Origin: Candidatus Nealsonbacteria bacterium
GTDB lineage: Bacteria > Patescibacteriota > Minisyncoccia > Minisyncoccales > UBA6532
Direction: 5' to 3'
Assembly: GCA_016186485.1 (NCBI GenBank)
Contig: JACPLN010000005.1
Location: 105,256 to 169,255, forward strand
Length of the DNA stretch: 64,000 nucleotides
The position numbers were made by a program, and so were the translations under genes. This document shows positions 34,616-43,583 of this stretch, one piece after another. Under the pieces are notes generated by a model. The model was given only the letters and a program-made list of their open reading frames with translations, made no database searches and was not told the origin of the DNA. Each line of letters opens with the position of its first letter. Position 1 is the stretch's first letter.

Positions 34616-35749
34616 ATGGCAAAGAAAATAATTTTTATTGTTATTGACGGCTTGGGTGATAAGCCAATTAAAGCTCTTGGAAATAAAACGCCTTTAGAAG
34701 CGGCTAAAACCCCTAACCTAGATTTTATGGCTGAAAATGGAATATATGGTTTAATAGAACCTTTTTTGTTTCCTTGGCAGGAGCTTCCGGCTTCCGATAT
34801 TTCTCATCTTGCCTTGTTCGGATATGATCCAAAAACCTTTTATCTTGGCCGCGGCCCTTATGAGGCAGCGGGATTAGGAATCAAACTAAAGAAAGGAGAT
34901 ATCGCCCTAAGGGCTAATTTTGCCGCAGTCAGCAAGGATTTAATTGTTTTAGACAGAAGGGCCGGCAGAATAGAGAAAACCCAGCCTTTAATTAAAATCT
35001 TATCAAGAATAAAAATAAAAGGAGTGAAAATTTTAGTTAAAAGAAGTTTTGGGCACAGGGCAGTCTTGGTTTTAAGAGGGAAAAGGCTTTCTTCAAAATT
35101 AACCGATAATGATCCAAAAAAAGAAGGGGAGACGGTTAAAAAGGTTTTACCAGCCGATAAATCCAAAGAAGCTAGGTTTACCGCCGCTGTCCTAAACGAG
35201 TTTTTGGATAAGGCCCGCCAATTCTTAAAAAACCAAGTTAGAGCTAATTATTTCTTGGTAAGGGGGGCGGGCCAAATAAGGGAAACCCCTAGTTTTGAAA
35301 AAAGGTACGGATTGAAAGCTTGCTGTGTTGCCGGAGGCGCTCTATACAAGGGCATAGCAAAAATCTTAGGCATGGATTTGATAAAAGTTAAGGGAGCCAG
35401 CGGGCTTCCCAACACCAATTTAAAAGGAAAATTCCTGGCGGCAAAAAAAGCGATTAATAAATACGATTTCGTCTTTCTGCACATTAAAGCGGCTGATAAT
35501 TTTGCTGAAGACGGGAACTTTTTGGCAAAAAAAGACTTTTTGGAAAAAATAGATAAAAATATAAAACACCTGCTTGGCTTGAAAAATACTTTAATTGTGC
35601 TTACGGGAGATCATTCAACTTGTTCTGAGCTGAAACGGCACTGCGTGGACTCAATACCAATTTTAATTTCTGGCTTTTCTCGGGGGAAGCTTAGCAGACC
35701 ATTGCCGCAGCTTGAGGTCTTGCCAATGGTTCTAAAATTGTTATTATGA
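34616..35749 (+). CDS. apgM: Cofactor-independent phosphoglycerate mutase, archaeal type
   Basis: KIIFIVIDGLGDKP, TGDHSTC, and metalloenzyme superfamily layout. I prefer ATG 34616 over TTG 34598. Confidence 0.8.
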   Translation: MAKKIIFIVIDGLGDKPIKALGNKTPLEAAKTPNLDFMAENGIYGLIEPFLFPWQELPASDISHLALFGYDPKTFYLGRGPYEAAGLGIKLKKGDIALRANFAAVSKDLIVLDRRAGRIEKTQPLIKILSRIKIKGVKILVKRSFGHRAVLVLRGKRLSSKLTDNDPKKEGETVKKVLPADKSKEARFTAAVLNEFLDKARQFLKNQVRANYFLVRGAGQIRETPSFEKRYGLKACCVAGGALYKGIAKILGMDLIKVKGASGLPNTNLKGKFLAAKKAINKYDFVFLHIKAADNFAEDGNFLAKKDFLEKIDKNIKHLLGLKNTLIVLTGDHSTCSELKRHCVDSIPILISGFSRGKLSRPLPQLEVLPMVLKLLL

Positions 35750-35815
35750 ATTTGAGCGTCGGCGATAGCACTCACTAAAGACTTAGTATTGGAGTCAACT
35801 GCCGGCGCTCTTCAT

Positions 35816-36784
35816 ATGAATTTTCAATTTTCAATTTCTAATTTCCAAAAAAATGTTCCGTTAAACAATCATACTACGTTTAAAATCGGGGGGCCGGCGA
35901 AATATTTTTTTGCCGCCAAAACAAAAGAAGATATAATTCAGGCGATAAATTGGGCAAAGAAAAACGATCTGCCGTTTTTTATTTTGGGAGGCGGCAGCAA
36001 TATGGTGGTTTCAGACAAAGGCTTCAACGGCCTTGTTATAAAAATACAAACCACAAACTATAAACTGCAAGCTGCAAGATTGCATGCCGAGGCCGGTGTT
36101 CTAATAGAAACGCTGGTAAGGGAAACCGGTAAGTTAGGGTTGTCCGGTTTTGAATGGGCCGGGGGATTGCCAGGGACTTTAGGAGGGGCAATAAGAGGGA
36201 ACGCCGGAGCCTTTGGAGGAGAAATCAAAGACAATATAATTGAAGTTGAGGCGCTGGATAATAAGGGAAGAATTAGAAAATTTTCTAAAAAACAATGCCG
36301 GTTTTCTTACAGGGATTCTATTTTCAAAGATAAAAACTGGATTATTCTTTCGGCAATTTTTGTATTTAAAAATGGGGATGGGGAAAAAATTAAAGAAGCG
36401 GCAAGGGAACACATTAATTACCGCAAAGAAAGACACCCTCTTGAATACCCAAGCGCCGGCAGCGTTTTTAAAAACTGCGATTTAAAAGATGTGCCAATAA
36501 ATATCAGAAATTTTTTTAAGGATGTTGTGAAAACAGATCCTTTCCCTGTTGTGCCAGCAGCCGCCATTATAGCCAGAGCCGGTTTAAAGGGATTAAGGGC
36601 TGGGGGGGCCGAAGTTTCGGAAAAACACCCCAACTATATTGTTAATAAAGACAATGCGAGAGCGGTTGATGTGCTGAAACTTATAAAAATGGTTAAGAAA
36701 AAGGTTAAAGAAAATTTTGGGATAAAGCTAGAGGAAGAGATACAGTTGTTGGGTTTTTCTTCAAATAATTTATTGACAAAATAA
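35816..36784 (+). CDS. murB: UDP-N-acetylenolpyruvoylglucosamine reductase
   Basis: FAD-binding TTFKIGGPAKYFF, GGGSNMVV, and C-terminal SAGSVFKN. I prefer ATG 35816. Confidence 0.9.
   Translation: MNFQFSISNFQKNVPLNNHTTFKIGGPAKYFFAAKTKEDIIQAINWAKKNDLPFFILGGGSNMVVSDKGFNGLVIKIQTTNYKLQAARLHAEAGVLIETLVRETGKLGLSGFEWAGGLPGTLGGAIRGNAGAFGGEIKDNIIEVEALDNKGRIRKFSKKQCRFSYRDSIFKDKNWIILSAIFVFKNGDGEKIKEAAREHINYRKERHPLEYPSAGSVFKNCDLKDVPINIRNFFKDVVKTDPFPVVPAAAIIARAGLKGLRAGGAEVSEKHPNYIVNKDNARAVDVLKLIKMVKKKVKENFGIKLEEEIQLLGFSSNNLLTK
35821..35848 (+). repeat. Heptanucleotide array (TTTTCAA x2, TTTCTAA, TTTCCAA) forming codons 2-11 of murB
   Basis: Read directly. It encodes NFQFSISNFQ. Confidence 0.85.
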
Positions 36785-36801
36785 TCGCTTCATGCTAGCA
36801 T
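36773..36801 (+). promoter_or_regulatory. Sigma70-like promoter of paralog A; overlaps the last codons and stop of murB
   Basis: TTGACA (36773-36778), 17 nt, TAGCAT (36796-36801). Homologous to the promoter at 38040. Confidence 0.6.
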
Positions 36802-36817
36802 CTTACTAGGTGAAAAA

Positions 36818-37489
36818 TTGAACCTTAACAAGTACGTATATCCTAAGGGCTACAAAGTAAAGAACATTACGGAGCAGACCAACATCTTGCGTCAGTTATT
36901 CCCCGGAATAGGCTATGCTGACGAGAGAATAGTCAAAGGACCTTTGCCGGAGGGAGCCGAAGGATGGTTCGCCATCCCGAGGTGGGATAGTATCGCGCAT
37001 ACCTACAACGAGGCGGTGGATAAGGTGCTGAAAATGCTCAAGCAACAGTGCAAAGGCAGGTTCTATAACTACCGCGAGCACCATATAACAGATTGGTTGC
37101 AACAAACCAATAAGGCAATGAAGATGTTCTATAAGATATGGCAAGAGCAGGATGGATACGACATTCTCGTAGTTCCGGCGCAGTTCGGTCTCCGTCATCG
37201 GGGCCTTTCCATTAGGCAGGCTCGGAATGCCATGAATGTCATGGAGTTTGGTTTCGGCGCTTTCGCCGTCGGTATCATGCTATTGATCCATCCCGAGCGG
37301 GAAGTCCAGTGGGAACAGCTCCACGTTCTATGCGCTGGTGACGACTTCAGTATCATCTATGTCGAGTCCTTGCGCGAGCCGTTTTTCGACTTCTACAACG
37401 GCGAGGTAAAGTTCGACAACTGCTTGGAACATAGCTACGACGATCGCTACGGTTCCGCGTCGGGATTTGTCTCGTCCTCCTCCGTATAA
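36818..37489 (+). CDS. Unassigned protein family, paralog A (223 aa, TTG start)
   Basis: TAGGTGA SD-like sequence then TTG. Shares blocks GAEGWFAIPRW, YNEAV, PAQFGLRHRG, HPEREVQWEQLH and C-terminal GSASGFVSSSSV with 38085.. and 55518.. Confidence 0.8.
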   Translation: MNLNKYVYPKGYKVKNITEQTNILRQLFPGIGYADERIVKGPLPEGAEGWFAIPRWDSIAHTYNEAVDKVLKMLKQQCKGRFYNYREHHITDWLQQTNKAMKMFYKIWQEQDGYDILVVPAQFGLRHRGLSIRQARNAMNVMEFGFGAFAVGIMLLIHPEREVQWEQLHVLCAGDDFSIIYVESLREPFFDFYNGEVKFDNCLEHSYDDRYGSASGFVSSSSV

Positions 37490-37598
37490 AAACTATGGAC
37501 GGACAAGCAGTAGCCTTTCAAATAATTATCCGCCAAAGGCGGATCCGCCTATGGCGGAAACTCTCGGGTCTTTTAATCCTTGAGTTCTTTTTTATTTT
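37490..37598 (+). other. Conserved 3' module, copy A: GC palindrome (37530..37557) plus terminator hairpin and T-run
   Basis: CCGCCAAAGGCGGATCCGCCTATGGCGG, then AACTC..GAGTT and CTTTTTTATTTT. Nearly identical downstream of all three paralogs. Confidence 0.85.
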
Positions 37599-37617
37599 CA
37601 CTAGTGTAATGAAAAAC

Positions 37618-37646
37618 TTGACAAATTTATAAACAGAGAGTAATGT
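37618..37646 (+). promoter_or_regulatory. Sigma70-like promoter
   Basis: TTGACA (37618-37623), 17 nt, TAATGT (37641-37646). Confidence 0.55.
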
Positions 37647-37676
37647 GTTGGGTAGCACAAAAGAGGCGTTGGTTGG

Positions 37677-37991
37677 TTGAGAGAAGGTGTCTTTTTTAGG
37701 GTTGCTGTTATAACTACTATAGCTGTATTAATAAGCGCTGGTATTACCATGTTGCTTTTTTCTAAAACCGATGGGCCGTCGTCTTACCCGCTTAGGTCTG
37801 AATTTAATACGCTTAACTACCCTGTTATTAAAGTAGAGGCGCCAGCTTCCTGGGGTAAGGTAGTGGACGTTTCTCCGAGTAGGGATTATGGGATAACGGC
37901 TTTGGTCTTTGAAGATGGACATGTATTGTATCTTAAAATAGGTTACGTTTATAATACTGTAATAGAAGTCGTTCCAATCCGCGGCAATTAA
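37677..37991 (+). CDS. Small N-terminally anchored hypothetical protein (104 aa, TTG start) between paralogs A and B
   Basis: One TM helix (VAVITTIAVLISAGITMLLF). Own promoter and terminator. Confidence 0.5.
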   Translation: MREGVFFRVAVITTIAVLISAGITMLLFSKTDGPSSYPLRSEFNTLNYPVIKVEAPASWGKVVDVSPSRDYGITALVFEDGHVLYLKIGYVYNTVIEVVPIRGN

Positions 37992-37998
37992 CAAAAAG

Positions 37999-38027
37999 CG
38001 GGGAGAAAATTTCGCCCCGATTTTTTA
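37999..38027 (+). terminator. Intrinsic terminator
   Basis: CGGGG (37999-38003) pairs with CCCCG (38015-38019), followed by a T-run. Confidence 0.6.
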
Positions 38028-38039
38028 TTCTTACTGTAC

Positions 38040-38068
38040 TTGACAAAGTAATCGCCTTATTCTAATAT
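38040..38068 (+). promoter_or_regulatory. Sigma70-like promoter of paralog B
   Basis: TTGACA (38040-38045), 17 nt, TAATAT (38063-38068). The leader TAGTAGGTGAAAAATTGAACCTT is nearly identical to copy A. Confidence 0.65.
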
Positions 38069-38084
38069 CTTAGTAGGTGAAAAA

Positions 38085-38804
38085 TTGAACCTTGAAAATC
38101 TGATGAGTCCGTTCTTCGCTAACGAAGAAGCGTCGTCCAACTACGGCTATCCGCAAGGGTATGCCGTGAAGCCGATTTCGGAACAGCTCGTGGAGCTTTC
38201 CAAGCACTTCAAAAGCCTCAATAACAGTTCGGTGCTCGCGTGTTCTAATGAGCTTCCGGCTCTGCCCGCTGGCGCGGAAGGCTGGTTCGCCGTTCCGCGA
38301 TGGGAGAAAGTCGCGTCTTCGTACAACGAGGCTGTTAAGAAGGTCCTCTACCTGATCGGCAAGACCCGCAACTTCTACAACTGCCGTAAATACGCACTCG
38401 GCCCGAAGTACCTGCGGCTCTCTGAGCGAACGGCTGTCGCGCTCCAGATGATCTGCGAAAAGCAGAAGGGCGACTTTCTGCTGATCCCGGCGCAGTTCGG
38501 TCTGACCCATCGCGGTCGGTCCGTGCGAAGGGTGCGCGTGGTATACGCTCCCCACGAGTTCGGCCTCGGGTCGTTCATCGCGGGGTGCATGATCCTGTCA
38601 CATCCCGAGCGCCTCGTTCAGTGGGAGCAGTTGCACATTGACTGCCCCGGTGACGAGTATAGTCCTGGCGCCGATGGTCGCTTCGACAGCGCGCCGATCT
38701 TTTTCTTCGTCGACAGCGAGGTCAAGTTCAACGCCTTCTGGGTCAGCCTCGCCCGCGAGCACGATGGCTCCGCGTCGGGATTTGTCTCGTCCTCCTCCGT
38801 ATAA
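38085..38804 (+). CDS. Unassigned protein family, paralog B (239 aa, TTG start), GC-rich core
   Basis: Same conserved blocks and identical C-terminal GSASGFVSSSSV. The interior is strongly diverged from A and C. Confidence 0.8.
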   Translation: MNLENLMSPFFANEEASSNYGYPQGYAVKPISEQLVELSKHFKSLNNSSVLACSNELPALPAGAEGWFAVPRWEKVASSYNEAVKKVLYLIGKTRNFYNCRKYALGPKYLRLSERTAVALQMICEKQKGDFLLIPAQFGLTHRGRSVRRVRVVYAPHEFGLGSFIAGCMILSHPERLVQWEQLHIDCPGDEYSPGADGRFDSAPIFFFVDSEVKFNAFWVSLAREHDGSASGFVSSSSV

Positions 38805-38909
38805 AAACTATGGACGGACAAGCAGTAGCCTTTCAAATAATTATACGCCAAAGGCGGATCCGCCTATGGCGAAAACTCTCGGGTCTTTTAATCCTTGAGT
38901 TCTTTTTTT
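38805..38909 (+). other. Conserved 3' module, copy B
   Basis: Together with the last ~40 nt of the CDS, it differs from copy A at 3 positions by my count. Palindrome core at 38845..38872. Confidence 0.85.
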
Positions 38910-38959
38910 AGAACTAGCCCAAAAATATCTTTTGTATTAAAATTAAGATATAAATTATA

Positions 38960-40264
38960 ATGAATAATAATATAATAATACCGCCTAAAAAATTTTTATT
39001 TGTTTCTTGGGAGAGCTTAAGCGGAGATTTAGCCTGGCAGATTAAGAAAGAAGGCCACGAAGTAAAAGTTTATATAAAAAACGAAAAAGATAAGGATGTT
39101 TACGACGGATTTATAGACAAAGTAGATAAATGGGAAGATTATATTGATTGGGCCGATGTTATTGTTTTTGATGACGTAGGGTTTGGTAGGGTTGCAGACC
39201 GATTAAGGAAGAAAGGAAAGTTAGTGGTCGGGGGAAGCGAATATACCGATAGGCTTGAAGAGGAGCGAGAATTCGGCCAGATAGAAATGAAGGTAGCGGG
39301 GATGTCGGTTTTGCCGCATTGGGATTTTTTTGACTTCGATTCTGCCATTGAGTTTCTTCGCAATAACCCCGGCCGTTACGTTTTTAAACCAAACCCGGTA
39401 GACAACCGGAATCTTTCGGATTTGATATTTTTAGGGGAAGAAGAAGACGGCAAAGATCTTTTAGAAATGCTTGAATCCAACAGGAAATTTTTACAATCAA
39501 AGGTTAAGGGCTTTCAGTTACAGAAATTTGCCAGCGGAGTAGAAGCAGCTGTCGGGGCTTTTTTTAATGGCAAAGAGTTCATCTATCCAGTTTGCGTTAA
39601 CTTTGAGCATAAAAGATTGTTTCCCGGCGAATTAGGACCTTTTACCGGAGACATGGGGGCATTAATGTATTGGAGCCAGCCCAATGTTCTTTTTACGGCT
39701 ACTCTAGAGAAGGTAAAAAACAGACTGGCAGAAAACAATTACGTCGGCTATATCGATATTAACTGTATTGCAAATAGCCGAGGGATTTATCCCTTAGAGT
39801 GGACGTCTAGGTTCGGCTATCCCACTATCAGCACCCAGATGGAAGGAATTTTGACTCCGATTGGCGAGTTTCTCTATCGTTTAGCAAATGGAGAAAGTTT
39901 TGAACTGAGAACTCAAAGGGGTTTTCAATTGGGAGTTGTTACCGCTGTTCTTCCATACATATCAGAAGACCCTAACGATATTAATACTTATCGCGACCTT
40001 TCCGTGTTGTTTAAACAGCCCCAGCTCGGCATGGAGGGTATACACCTTGGCGACGTGAAGCTGGTAGAAAATCGTCTGAGGCTTGCCGGCACCTCGGGCT
40101 ACGTGCTGATAGTTACGGGATCCGGCCAAACAGTTGATGAAGCGAGAAAGCAGGCTTACCGAAGAGTAAAAAATATTCGTCTCCAAAATGTGTTTTACAG
40201 AGTTGATATTGGCATTCGTTGGCTTGAGGATTCAGACAAGCTTCAGGCTTGGGGTTATTTATAA
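38960..40264 (+). CDS. PurD-like ATP-grasp ligase (phosphoribosylamine--glycine ligase family)
   Basis: [27 protein letters not shown], and the C-terminal [22 protein letters not shown]...YRVDIG parallel PurD blocks. Confidence 0.6.
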   Translation: MNNNIIIPPKKFLFVSWESLSGDLAWQIKKEGHEVKVYIKNEKDKDVYDGFIDKVDKWEDYIDWADVIVFDDVGFGRVADRLRKKGKLVVGGSEYTDRLEEEREFGQIEMKVAGMSVLPHWDFFDFDSAIEFLRNNPGRYVFKPNPVDNRNLSDLIFLGEEEDGKDLLEMLESNRKFLQSKVKGFQLQKFASGVEAAVGAFFNGKEFIYPVCVNFEHKRLFPGELGPFTGDMGALMYWSQPNVLFTATLEKVKNRLAENNYVGYIDINCIANSRGIYPLEWTSRFGYPTISTQMEGILTPIGEFLYRLANGESFELRTQRGFQLGVVTAVLPYISEDPNDINTYRDLSVLFKQPQLGMEGIHLGDVKLVENRLRLAGTSGYVLIVTGSGQTVDEARKQAYRRVKNIRLQNVFYRVDIGIRWLEDSDKLQAWGYL

Positions 40265-40268
40265 CATT

Positions 40269-40811
40269 ATGGTTCCGACAAAATTTTTCCTTACAAAAGG
40301 CGTAGGCATACATAAAGAGAAATTGACTTCTTTTGAGCTGGCTCTAAGGGATGCCGGGCTGGCTCCATTTAATTTGGTATATGTTTCCAGCATTGTGCCC
40401 CCTGGCTGCAAGAGAATTTCTAAGGAAGAAGGGGTCGTTTCATTAAATCCCGGGGAAATAGTTTTCTGTGTTATGGCTAGAAACGCCACAAACGAACCAA
40501 ACAGATTGGCCGCTGCTTCAATTGGCTGCGCCATACCGGCGGAAAATAACCAATACGGCTATCTTTCAGAGCATCATTCTTTCGGAGAAACCGATGAAAA
40601 AGCCGGCGAATATGCCGAAGATTTGGCGGCTTCCATGCTGGCTACGACTCTGGGCATTGAGTTTAATCCGGATGCCGCTTGGGACGAAAGAGAACAGATT
40701 TATAAAATGGGAGGAAAGATCACCAGGACGTTTAACGCCACTCAATCTTCGCAGGGCAATAAAAACGGGCTTTGGACATCCGTAGTGGCCGCCGCCGTCT
40801 TTGTTTTTTGA
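40269..40811 (+). CDS. pdaD: Pyruvoyl-dependent arginine decarboxylase
   Basis: [39 protein letters not shown] is typical of PdaD. ATG 40269 lies 4 nt after the ATP-grasp stop. Confidence 0.8.
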   Translation: MVPTKFFLTKGVGIHKEKLTSFELALRDAGLAPFNLVYVSSIVPPGCKRISKEEGVVSLNPGEIVFCVMARNATNEPNRLAAASIGCAIPAENNQYGYLSEHHSFGETDEKAGEYAEDLAASMLATTLGIEFNPDAAWDEREQIYKMGGKITRTFNATQSSQGNKNGLWTSVVAAAVFVF

Positions 40812-40834
40812 ATATAAATTATTTAAGGTAAATT

Positions 40835-43261
40835 ATGTCGCTGCTGGCTAAAATTTTTGGGGATGCCAATGAGAAATATTTGGAAGGTTTGCAGCCATTG
40901 GTTGAGAAAATAAACCAGCTCGAATCCCAATTCGAGTCTTTTTCTGCCGGACAGCTGAAAGAAAAAACAAAAGAGCTCAAAGAGAAATTGGGCGAAGGCG
41001 GAACTTTAACTGACGAGATATTGCCCCCAGCTTTTGCTTTAGTCAGGGAGGCAGCAAAAAGAACTCTTAACCAGCGCCACTTTGACGTCCAGCTAATCGG
41101 AGGAATCGCATTGCATCAGGGTAAAATTGCCGAAATGAAAACCGGCGAAGGAAAAACGCTTACCGCTACCCTCCCTGTTTATTTTAATGCTCTGCAAGGG
41201 CGTGGAGTGCACGTGATAACGGTAAATGATTATCTTGCAAAAAGGGATACGGTATGGATGGGGCAGATATACGATTTTTTGGGGCTGTCGGTGGGGTGCA
41301 TAGTTCATGAGGCGGCATACCTATATGATCAAAATTACCAGCCAAATAATAAAGATAGAGAGAGAGATTTGCTTGGCGGGTTTAAGGTTGTTGAAAGTTA
41401 CTTGAGACCAGTTTCAAGAAAGGAAGCCTATGGCGCAGATATAACCTATGGGACCAATAACGAATTCGGGTTTGATTACTTGAGAGACAATATGGTTTAC
41501 ACCCAAGACCAAATGGTCCAGCGAGGTTTTGATTATGCCATTATTGACGAAGTAGACTCAATTTTAATTGACGAGGCCAGAACTCCTTTGATTATTTCTG
41601 CTCCGGATACAGAATCTTCAAAAATGTATGAAGAATTTGCCAGGATTATTCCTCGGCTTTCAAAAGATATTGATTACGAAATAGATGAAAAAAGAAAATC
41701 CGCCACACTAACAGAGGCCGGGATTAATAAAGTTGAAAAGATCTTGGGAATGAAGGATATTTATCAAGAAAAGGGGATAAGATACCTTCATCATTTAGAG
41801 CAAGCTTTGAGGGCAGAAGTTTTCTTTAAAAAAGACCGAGATTATATTGTTAAAGACGGGGAGGTTATAATAGTTGATGAGTTTACCGGCAGATTGATGG
41901 CGGGGCGCAGGTGGTCTGGCGGCCTTCACCAGGCAGTAGAAGCAAAAGAAGGATTGAGAATACAGCCAGAATCAATAACTCTAGCTTCCATAACCTTTCA
42001 AAACCTATTTCGCATGTACAGCAAATTGGCCGGAATGACCGGGACTGCGGCAACCTCAGGAGAAGAGTTTTCAAAAGTTTATGGGTTGGATGTTGTTGTC
42101 GTCCCGACCGAAAAACAGATGATAAGGCAAGATTTGCCGGATAAGATATATAAGACGAGAGACGGAAAGTTTGTGGCGGCAGCGAGAGAAATTAAAGAAC
42201 GCCACAAAAAAGGCCAACCATTGCTGGTAGGCACTGTTTCTATTGAAAAAAATGAGTACCTAGGAAAGCTTTTGGACAGAGAAGGTGTTCCCCATAATAT
42301 CCTTAATGCAAAAAATCACGAAAAAGAAGGTGAAATTATCGCTCAAGCCGGGAGGCTGGGAGCCGTAACAATTGCTACGAATATGGCAGGCCGCGGCGTT
42401 GATATTATCCTAGCTGGCAATCCCCAGGATCCAGAGGAGGCTAGAAAGGTTCGGGAAACAGGCGGGCTTCATGTTATCGGCACTGAACGCCATGAAGCAA
42501 GGCGTATTGACAACCAGTTGCGGGGAAGGTCTGGCAGGCAGGGGGATCCGGGCTCATCGCAGTTTTTTGTTTCTTTGGAAGATGATTTAATGAGGATTTT
42601 TGGGGGAGAGAAGATTAAAAGATTAATGGAAATGCTGAAGATTCCGGAAGATGAGCCCATTGAAGCAAAATTAATTTCTGGGGTTATAGAGGGCGCTCAA
42701 GCAAAAATTGAAGGAATGAATTTTGATTTAAGAAAGCATCTTTTGGATTTTGACGATGTTTTAAACAAGCATAGAGAAGTGATATACAAAAAAAGGAGAG
42801 AGACGTTAGATAAATCTCAAATATTATTGATTGTCAAAAAGGCGGGATATTCGGAAAGCGATTATGAAAAAAAAGAAAAAGAAGTAGGAGAGGAAAACAT
42901 GAGAAAACTTGAAAAATTCATTCCGCTTAGGGTGATTGACGCTCTTTGGGTTGAACACTTGGAAAATATGGAGCAGTTGAGAGATTCTGTAAGGCTGAGG
43001 GGTTATGGTCAGCAGGATCCTTTGATAGAATACAAGAATGAGGGCCATAGGCTTTTTCAGGGCCTATTGAAAACGCTGGAGCTGTCAATCGCAAACACAA
43101 TAATGAAAGTCGGCGAGGCAAAGGAAGCGTCATATCAATCCCCACCTCCGGTAAAAATTCAGGGCAGCTCGGCCAAAGTTAGCCGTAACGATCCCTGTCC
43201 ATGCGGAGCGAAAAAACCAGACGGTCGCCCAATAAAGTATAAACATTGCCATGGAAAATAA
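40835..43261 (+). CDS. secA: Preprotein translocase ATPase SecA
   Basis: DEAD motor motifs ([38 protein letters not shown]) and C-terminal zinc motif [21 protein letters not shown]. Confidence 0.95.
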   Translation: MSLLAKIFGDANEKYLEGLQPLVEKINQLESQFESFSAGQLKEKTKELKEKLGEGGTLTDEILPPAFALVREAAKRTLNQRHFDVQLIGGIALHQGKIAEMKTGEGKTLTATLPVYFNALQGRGVHVITVNDYLAKRDTVWMGQIYDFLGLSVGCIVHEAAYLYDQNYQPNNKDRERDLLGGFKVVESYLRPVSRKEAYGADITYGTNNEFGFDYLRDNMVYTQDQMVQRGFDYAIIDEVDSILIDEARTPLIISAPDTESSKMYEEFARIIPRLSKDIDYEIDEKRKSATLTEAGINKVEKILGMKDIYQEKGIRYLHHLEQALRAEVFFKKDRDYIVKDGEVIIVDEFTGRLMAGRRWSGGLHQAVEAKEGLRIQPESITLASITFQNLFRMYSKLAGMTGTAATSGEEFSKVYGLDVVVVPTEKQMIRQDLPDKIYKTRDGKFVAAAREIKERHKKGQPLLVGTVSIEKNEYLGKLLDREGVPHNILNAKNHEKEGEIIAQAGRLGAVTIATNMAGRGVDIILAGNPQDPEEARKVRETGGLHVIGTERHEARRIDNQLRGRSGRQGDPGSSQFFVSLEDDLMRIFGGEKIKRLMEMLKIPEDEPIEAKLISGVIEGAQAKIEGMNFDLRKHLLDFDDVLNKHREVIYKKRRETLDKSQILLIVKKAGYSESDYEKKEKEVGEENMRKLEKFIPLRVIDALWVEHLENMEQLRDSVRLRGYGQQDPLIEYKNEGHRLFQGLLKTLELSIANTIMKVGEAKEASYQSPPPVKIQGSSAKVSRNDPCPCGAKKPDGRPIKYKHCHGK

Positions 43262-43583
43262 ACCGCTGAAAAAACTTTTAAGATCTTCTTATCGGAAAGA
43301 GATGTGGAAGAATGCAGAAGAGATTGTGCGAAAGATTGAAAAGGTATTGCCGATTTCTTCAATGTACTTGATGGGAAGTTTTGCATCGAAGAAACGAAGA
43401 CCCGCAGATGTAGATTTTATTGTAATGCTACAAACGCCGGTTAAACGAAAGCATGAAAAGTGGTCACTTGATCTAGTCATCGCACCAGATAATAAACATG
43501 GCAAGGAGTTACTTGAAGATAATAAAAAGTGGATGAAGCAGAAATATGGTGCAAAAAAGTCAGAGGTTATGCGGTATCGGTAA
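43251..43583 (+). CDS. Minimal nucleotidyltransferase-domain protein (MNT-like)
   Basis: The [17 protein letters not shown] pattern is G-S...D-x-D. Its start overlaps the secA stop by 11 nt. Confidence 0.6.
   Translation: MENKPLKKLLRSSYRKEMWKNAEEIVRKIEKVLPISSMYLMGSFASKKRRPADVDFIVMLQTPVKRKHEKWSLDLVIAPDNKHGKELLEDNKKWMKQKYGAKKSEVMRYR

Noticed and set aside
36896-37198. Long antisense ORFs opposite the three paralogs (36896..37198, 38070..38555, 38375..38590, 38618..38851, 55599..55904, 55901..56119), plus the sense-strand alternative-frame ORFs 38638..38898 and 56075..56323.
   Set aside because: They lie entirely within the GC-rich parts of well-supported sense ORFs. They have no promoter or SD sequence. 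The antisense peptides are conserved only as a mirror of the sense protein. These are typical shadow ORFs of GC-rich coding DNA.
37490-37598. Integron attC-like site for the 3' module.
   Set aside because: No integron integrase or attI site is present. Each cassette has its own strong promoter. The module is only seen behind members of one protein family. The palindrome lacks the extrahelical-base asymmetry I would expect of an attC site.
37330-37600. Diversity-generating retroelement target: a variable C-terminal region followed by a GC-rich conserved segment and a hairpin.
   Set aside because: No reverse transcriptase or template repeat is in the window. The variable segments differ in length and at all base types rather than at adenine-specific positions. 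The possibility cannot be fully excluded without the whole genome.
37497-37640. Small ORF starting at ATG 37497 inside the conserved 3' module (MDGQAVAFQIIIRQRRIRLWRKLSGLLILEFFF...).
   Set aside because: The ATG is ACG in copy C. The ORF lengths differ in all three copies. The basic/hydrophobic peptide is simply the translation of the GC palindrome and the T-rich terminator, so RNA or DNA structure explains the conservation better.
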